Positions 55,183 through 64,000 of a DNA stretch of 64,000 nt are shown here, piece after piece. Source of the stretch: Calcarisporiella thermophila CBS 279.70. Taxonomy: Eukaryota; Fungi; Calcarisporiellomycota. The stretch is taken from positions 452,921-516,920 of the forward strand of contig NW_027192196.1 in assembly GCF_041956535.1 (NCBI RefSeq). Direction: 5' to 3'. Within the stretch, counting starts at the first letter, position 1. Each line of letters opens with the position of its first letter. A model generated the notes under the pieces. The model saw nothing but the letters and a program-made list of their open reading frames with translations. It was not told the DNA's origin and searched no databases. Made by a program: the position numbers and the translations under genes.

Positions 55183-55540
55183 AAAAAATATAAAACCAAA
55201 GAAAAAAAAAGTGCAGACCCCGTAAGAAGAAAAAAAGAAAAAAAAAGGGAAAATTTTTTTTGCAGAAAATTGCTCATAAGCCACACGAACCAGACCCCAC
55301 CACTTCGAATTCTGATCAGAATGCCCAAGTTAAACATGCTGATTCAGTCTAATTCTTAAGCCTAGAGTAGTTGGCGGCTTAAGGGAAAATACCTGACAAG
55401 GATGAAGCCGATTTATTGGATAAAATGTGCTGGGACAAAGAAGAAAGAGAAAAAAATAAAATAAGATAAAATCGCACGATAATTTGAACACGATTTTGCT
55501 ATAAATATGATCTTTTAAGGAGACGTTTCCTCGGCCGTCC

Positions 55541-56535
55541 CAAGAACAAGGTCTGCTATCAGACGAATATGTCGAGTCATGCATTCTGTCCAGATCTCTC
55601 TTGCTAACAATTTGAGACGAGGTGACCTTGTGTCGCCGAACTTGTTCACATATGCTAGTGCTGTAGTATTGTCGGTCCGAATCAAGAGAGTTGCGTTTTT
55701 GAGAGCTGGGAAGGAGCGTAAACACAGCTGTATTGCCTTGAGCTCCTTTCAATTGAGGTGATATTGTCTCTATTTCTGACCATGACCCTCCTATGATAAG
55801 GGATCCGAATTTCGCGCCCCATCCACTATCTGACGCGTCTGTCGTAGCGATCCCGGATGGCGTCGGAGGAAGAAACGATTTCCCGTTCCACTTATTGAGC
55901 TCCACTGCCCACCACTCTAGCTCCTTCAATGCTTCCCTTGGGAGTCTGAACGAGACGTCCCAGTCTGGGTTGGTGCTCAGTGCTTTGATGTGTGCCATTA
56001 TTAGTGACCTCGAAAACAGTCTTCCTGGCATTATTGCTGGAACGGCTGCATTTAATGCTCTCAGGTATGCTGCCAATTAGCTGGGTGTTGTGATTCCTGC
56101 GTCGTGCAGTCTGATGGCTGTGCGGGCGATGTCTCTTACCCTTTTGCTTGGTAACTTAAGGAACATTTTCCGCGTATCGATACTGAACCCCAGGTGTTCG
56201 ATCGGGGCAAAGGCCGATTTTTCCTGGTTGATCAGGAAGCCGCATGTTTTCAGCGTCTGGACTATTATCTGGGTATCCTCCATCGCTTTCTGTCTCGAAG
56301 AAGCTGCGGTCATTAAATCATCAAGATATGCTGTAACCCTTACCCTTTCTTATGGCATTCTTGCAGGACCGGGCGGAGGATTTTTGTAAAGGTTCTGGGA
56401 GAGGACGTGAGCCCCAAAGGAAGTGGTTTGAACTGATATTTCTTGCCTTCCCCTAAGAATTGGAAAAAGTTCCTTGACTTTGCGCGAATAGGAACGTGAA
56501 AGAATGCACTCATCAGGTCCACCGAAGTCAACCAA
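55541..56535 (-). mobile_element. Degenerate DIRS/Ngaro-type retrotransposon fragment (RT + RNase H)
   Basis: SVDLMSAFFHVPI, YQFKPLPLGLTSSPRTFTK, AYLDDL, LGFSIDT, TDASDSGWGA, ELKAI and RTDNTTALAYVNKFG. Disrupted by a frameshift near 56340, a stop at 56077 and a frameshift near 55760. Confidence 0.88.
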
Positions 56536-56795
56536 TCTCTAATGGAATTTTTAATCGTGTATTATTTAATGGAACTTAACACTGTAATTGAGCTAATTTA
56601 GCTTAACTTGTGAATCGAATCGAGATCACTACATTTTCAAGTCGAAAAAGCAACTCGAGCCGTGCTTTTTCTTTTTAAGAGATTATTTGATATTTTGAGA
56701 ATTCTGCTGAGAGCAGGTTAACTAGCTATAATGCAGGATTTCGCTTAATCTTAAGCAATATAATACTTCGAAAATATGGTTGTGAACACCTCCAA

Positions 56796-57019
56796 TGTTA
56801 CAGGGTTCGAAATGTAGACAAAAAGATCATAATAAAAATAAGAGATCGGCGAGGAATAAGAAAATAAGTTAGATAGGTTTAAATAAGTAATAACACGATA
56901 ACACAGATTTATTTTAGAATATTACACCAAAAAACAACAAAATAATAACTGCACAACTGCGAGCTAACAACAAAAATCTTTCTCATTGACGAAGGATGTA
57001 GGTGAGCCATCCTGTTACA
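56796..57019. mobile_element. Probable solo LTR (224 bp)
   Basis: Starts TGTTACAGG and ends CCTGTTACA (TG...CA, 8/9 inverted match). Flanked by TCCAA/CCCAA (4/5 target-site duplication). Confidence 0.65.
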
Positions 57020-57072
57020 CCCAATATTTAGACATATATCCTTAAAAATATATCATCATAAGGGGTTTGAGT

Positions 57073-59126
57073 TCATTTCATTAATATTGTTAATAATGTT
57101 GTTGGCTCTGAACTATTTTTAGTCCAACTACCATGCTCCCTGTTGACTATCGAGTCAAGACTTATTCGAGGGATTACCACCGGAACCATTGTCTGTTTGC
57201 TTCCTTGCTCCGTCTGCTCTGAGGAGATTATCGTTGACTCCGATTGCTTCGTGAGGCTAATCATATCCCGTAATTGATCAATTAGCTGATCGTCATGAGC
57301 TGCAAGTTGAAAAAATTCCAAGATATATACAATATTTCTCAACTTCGCGATAGCTTCCTTGCGCTGCGTAGGCGACCCAGATCCTGCAAATAAAAAATTA
57401 ATGGATGCACATGTGTTGAGTCCAAATGTGACTATTGGATGAAGTTCCTGGCCATTTGGATCTTTAAGCACTAGCTTAGTCAAATGGATAATTGCATCTG
57501 CAGATGCAATACACTCTGAGATCTCACTCTCCTCGAGAAATACCAATACGCTGTCTTCAGTTTTCGGAAAGTACGAGTGAATGTAAAGTATGTTGAGGCA
57601 CAGAAGTATTTCGGCAGTGTTGAGAGGTGCAAGATCGGATGGAATTATTGACATCCAACCACGTAAACGATCACGCAAACAATCGTGCAAACGATCACGC
57701 TCATATAGAAGTTGAATTGATTTGAGACTAGAGTAACTATCAGTAGCACCACCATTTTCGGTGGAAATTACTGAAGCAAGCCCAGAAGAAGGACTGAAAT
57801 TCAACCAAATCTCCAGTAGAATTTCCGTAAGGTAAGATGAACTATAAAATGTGCGAATCGCATCGGCAATCTCCTGGGTAGCGAGCCCATTCTTTTTGTC
57901 AAGAGCATACAGTGCAGATTCATTCTCGTTCTTGACCGGAAGCTTCACATGGCTTAACACAGCCATCTTATCTATTCTCGATCGAACAAGCATGGATCCC
58001 CATATATAACAGTGATGCATAGCCCACCGGATATTGTTGCGGAGTTCACGTTCGATGGGATCAAGCTGCTGATTAAAATAAACGCTATCCTGCTTGTGGA
58101 TTTGCAATTCAAATATCATCTTCCCCGCCATTAACATTAAAGTTAACCCCTTTTTCACTTGACCCGAATGAATTAAGTTGTCGCCCAAAATGTACACTCC
58201 CTGTAATCTCGTAAGAGTTACTTTGTGCGGATCCCGATCAAGTAATGCGAGGGCATATTCCATGAATAAAGAACCAGGTATCCCAAGTTGCGTTTGATTG
58301 AAAATGGGGATCCCAAGTTTATATAAAACTCTCGCGAACACAGCAGCATATAATATAGGGTCATACCGGTTCTCGCAATAATTTTTTATCATTTGGGTAC
58401 GATTGAGAATCATAGGATAGGCGACAGCATTAAACCACGAATTAATTAGTGAAACTGCTAGTTCATGTGGGACGGCTTTAAGTAGATCGCTCTGATCGAA
58501 TTTGGTAGCAAAATTTTGCCCCGTTTCACTATCGCTTATTTCGAGCAATTCAGGCTTTCTCTGCACCCTCCCGCCTATACTCAGCGAACTTATTGTGTTG
58601 ATGACTATGGCAAGCATGTCGTTTGTTTTTTCACGAATCTTAGTGATAGGCCTAAATACCAGCCCTTTCCCACCTGGCCATAGAAATGATTCTCCATATT
58701 TGGTCAAGCCAATTTCTTTAACCTATTAGATGGATTCAACAATCGTTTATTAATAAAGTGAAAATTATATTACATTATAATATCACTTGCCTTTAAACTT
58801 TTGACAAATTGGTTAAATTTTCTGTGATCAAACTGTAAAGTCTTCAACCAAGACGTGTAGCTTGCCAAAACGGGATCAACATTGCCAATATTTAGGAGAA
58901 CCCGCTCATACTTTTGGAGAAAATTATTCCTCGGACGTCCTCTGCGAGCAACTATATCTCCAAACAAACAACTAATCCCTAGACTTTTGCAGCGTAGACA
59001 ACCTTCAAGGTTGCCATCACAAATCTCCTTGTCCTGGCGACATGCTTGACATGATTTTCGATTGTGAAATAAATTTACTCTCGAGGGATCAAGAAGAATA
59101 AATTCGTTCTTTGAGACTTTTGGCAT
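57073..59126 (-). CDS. Zn(II)2Cys6 transcription factor with fungal middle-homology domain
   Basis: CQACRQDKEICDGNLEGCLRCKSLGISC, RRGRPR, and MHR-like ELQIH...ERELRNNIRW; one GC-AG intron at 58723-58790. Confidence 0.9.
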
Positions 59127-60932
59127 AAAATATAGAAAAATTCACTTAGATTGCTAGACACCGGTCTTACTATTTGATCTTGAAATACTATATATACAGT
59201 AAAAATTCAATTAATAGGATATGCGATAAATCTACTATAGTTAATTATAGAAAAATGCGTTTGGCAAAGCCAGTTTCACAGGTCGCGGATATGTTTTTAA
59301 AATTCACTCAGAGAGTCTCTCTTTTATCTGTATGGAAATTGCATGCATGGCAATTTAACGAAGACCAAAATGTTTCGCTCACCATCCCGAATGATGGATA
59401 TAACGAAAAATTTAACTGAGCATCCAAATTCTGAATCCCTTTGGTACTTATCTGGTAATTCGCCAAAACTCGTCCGATAATTCTTTTTGCAAATGAGAAT
59501 ACTTGTAGCGGGACAAACTTTTACAATAATGTTTTGAAATGATACTATAGGTTCTAGAATTCAGTTTTGGATTTTTTGAATACTGTAAGAAAATTCTACT
59601 ACTGAAGGTTTTCAGAATATCAACATATACGTAAATTCCCTCTTTAAGTATGTGTTTGATACCCAAATAAAACGTTGCCCGGATAAATCACCAACGTAAG
59701 CTGAAATCAGTGAATATATACGCTAGGTTAACTACCATACTGAGTGAGGATATAAGCACTAAGGTACATAGGGCCCCGAAGGGCTAAAAAATTTTTTAAA
59801 TGTAAAATGGTAACTCCCCTTTGGCGAGAGCCTAAGGGGGACAAAGCTGCGCACCCACCACGACCCAAAATATAATGCTAATGTTCGCAGGACTTCTCAA
59901 AGCTAAAGAACAAGGATAGCTGACGCCATCTTTATATAAATTTTTTTAGATGTTTATAATTACTCCTAAAGACAGAAATTCGAAAAATTCTAACCAGTTT
60001 ATACTTGAATTTTATACTTTTGATCTTTTATTTTTCTATGACTATGAGTATAGCACGATTTGGGTTCCGAAGCAGCAAATACCATCCAGTTTCGTTCCCC
60101 CTTGGGCACTCGCCCAAAGCGAATTAATTTACCTTAGAAACCTTTTGTTTCATATCCAGTTTATGCAGCTTATTCCGTTGTCCTCGTCTAATTTCTTAGT
60201 CGCATTGTTGCCAATATCATAATTGCCTAGATTATTATTGCCACCGCCGTTACTCTCTTGTTCGAACTGTGGTTGAATTTTTGCAGTGAAGTCAGAAACA
60301 AGCGATAGCACCGTTTCAGGCGAGTATTTATCAGCAATATATTTTACAGGTTGTGCATATAAACCCTTATATGAATCCGTGGAGGAGCCTTGCTTATTGA
60401 TGTTCATAGCAACGAGGAAAATGCAAAGATTATATAGAGGGTGCATACAGTAGTTAGAGAAAAAAAAAAGAAGTCAAAAAAGATAAGACAAGCATTTCTT
60501 TAGCAAACAAAAATAAAAAATGAGCAAATGTTATATGGTAATGTGGTAATTTGGCGCTACTAAAAACCTGTAGACGTATATGGAAACGTGCGTGCTTCTC
60601 TATAATACTTTCACACTTAATAAACAAGGAGAAAATATCAAGTAACGCTTCTTTGTACTATCCTTACGAACATTTCTTTGTGAGAGATAAGACACATTTC
60701 AGGCCATGATAATTTGGCTAATTCGAATCATGAGAGTGTGGTTCGATGTTCCAATTTCGCACCCCTGGTCCGGACTAGTGCCGTGCCAAGGAATGATGTA
60801 GTTCGAAATTACGTGTGCTATCCAATCAAATATTCACAAATTGGCCCACACAAGGTAAAATATTCAGCCTGTCCCGGTCCATTTAGTCCGAGCCGGAACG
60901 CGCCCGCGAAGATAGGGTTAGAAAGCGTGAGG

Positions 60933-60940
60933 TATAAAAG
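60933..60940 (+). promoter_or_regulatory. TATA box of the MFS gene
   Basis: TATAAAAG ending 65 nt upstream of the ATG at 61006. Confidence 0.55.
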
Positions 60941-61005
60941 CTGGAGATTGCAAGCATCGCTTCCTTTGACAAAATTACATTTTCCCTTATTCTCCATATT
61001 TAAAC

Positions 61006-62701
61006 ATGACATCTATATCCGAGAATTCCGACACTAATGTCAGCCATGATAATAAGCAGCCTGATTCCCTCAGTAGCAATAAGAATCTTGAGAGGTTGGA
61101 GAAGGTACCGCCCCCGGATTGCCTTTATGGTTGGGTGGTGGTTTGCGCAGTGTTCTTTGTCGTGTTCTTTGTTTTTGGCATGGCCTTAAGCTATGGTGTC
61201 TATCAGGTATTGCTAGGCATCAATTTGCTTATTTCGCCTTGGATTATTAATTATATCCTTCTCATCTAGGATCTGTATGCCAATGATATCTTCAGGGGGG
61301 AATCATTATTGAAGATTACCTATATTGGGAGTGTGGCAAACGGTACGATGTTTTTGTTTGGCCCTATTAGTGGCGTCCTGCTGGCATACGTTGGACACAG
61401 AGGAATGATGCTCATGGCGTGCGTACTCTCTCCTCTGGGATTTCTTCTGGCCAGTTTCTCAACCGAAGTTGGTTTTTTGCGTCCTAGTTGACTGCTATTT
61501 TATTTTTCTCTAATTTGCTTGCTTATATGATTCTTTTAGATTTGGCAGCTCTATTTAACCCAAGGGCTAATCGTGGGAGCAGGAAGTGGATGTGCATTTT
61601 TCGGATCGATATCACTCACCGCGCTTTGGTTCGAGAAATATCGCGGGCTTGCAACCGGTATAGCCATTTCAGGGTCAGGATTTGGCGGCCTTGCCCTGGC
61701 CCCTCTCATCCGCTTGCTGATCGACCGGGTGGGTTACCGCTGGTCCCTACGTGTCCTTGCCTTTATCGGGATGGGATGTTATGCATTTGCGGCTGCTTTC
61801 CTTCGTCCTCGGATTAGGCGCCCCTCACCGCGCAAAATTCGCCTACTCGATTTCTCGGTTTTAAACAAAAAGTTAAGCGTGCTTGTGTTGGTGGGTTCGT
61901 TTGCGATGCTTGGGTATTGGCAACCATTCTTTATGATACCAGGTATGTTGCGATGAAATATCACGATGGGACGACTTATCGAGATTTTGTATTCCCTCTC
62001 CAACCTAGGTTACGCAATTTCAGAAACAGGCATCAGTTCGACAACGGCTGCGGTTCTGGTGGGGGTGATGTCGGGTGTGAACTCGGTTGCGCGCATTGTA
62101 TTGGGCGGCATTGCTGATATCTAGTATGCAAGCTTGCATAGATGCCTTGTATTTGACCCCGTCCCTGACTGATTCTTTGTCATCATTCTATAGTGGTCGA
62201 GTCAATATTCTTTTCCTCTCAGTTTTGGTCTCTGGACTCTCCATTCTACTACTTTGGGTATTTGCAAATTATTTTGGAGTCCTTGTGCTCTTTATTATAT
62301 TCTATGGAGCCAGCTCAGGTATGCGAATTCAATCTTCAAGCACTTTATTACACTAGAGTTGTGATGATGCCTTATCTCTTCTACAGGAGGATTTATCAGC
62401 TTGTTCCCAGTCATCGTGGCCGAGTTAGCCAAACCAGAAGACATCCCTGTGGCGATTGGCTTTGCCTTCTTTGCATTTGCCGTTGGAAGCTTTCTCGGTC
62501 CTGGTTTTACGATTCTATTGCGATCTGCCGGCGGCAATTTAGCTGGAATTATATTTGCAGGATGGTATGTAGTTGATTATTATTGAGTCTATTTTGGGCC
62601 TTCAAGAATTAACCTGTCCCAATAGTGTCACCCTCGTCGCTGCGTTGTTTTCCGTCTGGCTGCGATACCTCCTGGACAAACGAATTTTTGCAAAAGTGTA
62701 A
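61006..62701 (+). CDS. MFS monocarboxylate-porter family (MCT/Mch-like) transporter
   Basis: PPDCLYGWVVV, SYGVYQ, WQLYLTQGLIVGAGSG, WFEKYRGLATGIAISGSGFGG and ARIVLGGIAD. Confidence 0.92.
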
Positions 62702-64000
62702 ATGATTTTAATCTTTCCATTACCAATTCGAGTGCATAGACATGTTGAATTTACCATTACATAATAAAGAATGCTATTGAAGATATCAAACGGCCTAAAC
62801 AATAACCATCTTTATGAGCCATAATAGGCTAATTCAAACTGGTTCAGAGCCTCATCCCCAGCAGGGAGGAGTTTAGTAAAGCAGGAATGCTGGATTGAAT
62901 AGAGGGGAGCCGGCTTTTAACGTTCATATCACCCAGCCCATTTACACGAGCTAACCGCCGTGAGGCTTGTATGGGATTCATTCGGTTTAAAATACTCCAC
63001 TCTTGCATTATCTCGGCGACATTGTCTTACGAAAACGCCTATTCTGGGTGAATTGAGTGTTGTTGGGTGTCAAGTCCTTATGAAGGAAAACACTAAACTT
63101 TAACATCCAGTTTTGCACGGAGAGGCATTAATTGACAACCGGTTTGGTACAATCCATACCCCAGTTAGCGGAGTCATTGACCTTTCAGGATTATAGAAAT
63201 AGGAGGGTTGCAGCAATAGGATAATTTGTAGAGTATTTGGTGTAGTCGCAATAATAGAAGAGGTAGCAGACAGTTTCTTGACGATTCTGTACTCGGAGTG
63301 TGGAACAGGCAATGCTTTTGTGGAATTCATCACGATCTTGTTGTATTGCTTAATAAAATCATTATCCAATGTTTGCTTAGGCTGTTATTTTGGCTCGAAA
63401 AGTTTTCTTCAGTAGTTGAATGGAAATGCCCTCTACTCTGAGTTTTTGCCTATACTAGTAGCTGTCATGTCTGGATTCTTTGGACAATATTGCTCGCTAA
63501 ATCTATTAATAGAGGAACTATAGGAGGTTAAAAAAGCTAGCATATATACATAGCACAGGCCACTGCATGGAGGAACAAGGTTGCTACTCCAAGGAGCAAT
63601 GATCTTGATGTATTGTTGGCAATGCAAGGTTCGATATTTATAATTCTAATTCGTAATGGAGTATGGGATTCGGGGCTGCATTGGAGGGTTGTGTGACTGG
63701 CAATTTGCTATCACCCCCTTTTTTCTTCCCCACCTTTTTTTTTATTTTACTTCACCGAATTCTTTTCCCACTCTTCCCCCTTTTCATTTCATCCGCGGCT
63801 TCAGCCATGTTATCTTCACTCTTCTACATATGGCGGGACTGGTTTTTTCTCCCCTCGGTGCGCTTGGGCGTTAATCTCTACTACCTCTTCTGGCCAGCAG
63901 GTATACTGTTTGATCCTGTAGGTTGGCTGGGGATACCGGAACTACTAGGTGTACAGCGCCCTTATTATGCCGACGCCAAGAAACCAGCGCCTTCAGAGAA

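Noticed and set aside
59735-59850. Hammerhead or HDV-like ribozyme reading of the hairpin cluster
   Set aside because: CTGAGTGAG does not match CUGANGA with a paired GAAA core, and HDV P1/P3 elements are missing.
1-64000. tRNA, rRNA, TPP riboswitch, CRISPR arrays
   Set aside because: No cloverleaf, rRNA, TPP core or repeat-spacer pattern recognised by eye; a tRNAscan/Rfam run would be needed to exclude them fully.

Overview
Gene-dense, intron-rich eukaryotic DNA, most likely from an early-diverging fungus (Mucoromycota/Zoopagomycota-like, inferred from gene content and short GT-AG introns). About 22 protein-coding genes are recognisable: HID1/Ecm30 (partial), CSF1/BLTP1, a KH-domain RNA-binding protein, a 2-hydroxy-acid oxidase, VTC4, an MT-A70 (MTA9/AMT6-7-like) protein, a C-terminal-only SEC3, ATP4, Argonaute, MPP10, a ubiquitin-like/eS31 fusion, SPC1, VPS5, an AVT transporter, GID4, a kelch-TM protein, a FANCB-like protein, an alpha/beta hydrolase, SNF7, a ZnF-UBP deubiquitinase, a Zn2Cys6 factor and an MCT-type MFS transporter. 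There is also a degenerate DIRS RT/RNase H fragment and a probable solo LTR. The most notable observations are: eS31 fused to a divergent 74-aa ubiquitin-like protein ending LLGG instead of canonical ubiquitin; a candidate DNA 6mA methyltransferase-complex subunit directly followed by a Sec3 lacking its N-terminal half; a FANCB-like gene in a fungus; and an Argonaute with an altered GTSRP motif. Gene calls come from motif recognition by eye with manual splicing. No searches were run, and exon boundaries are approximate unless stated.
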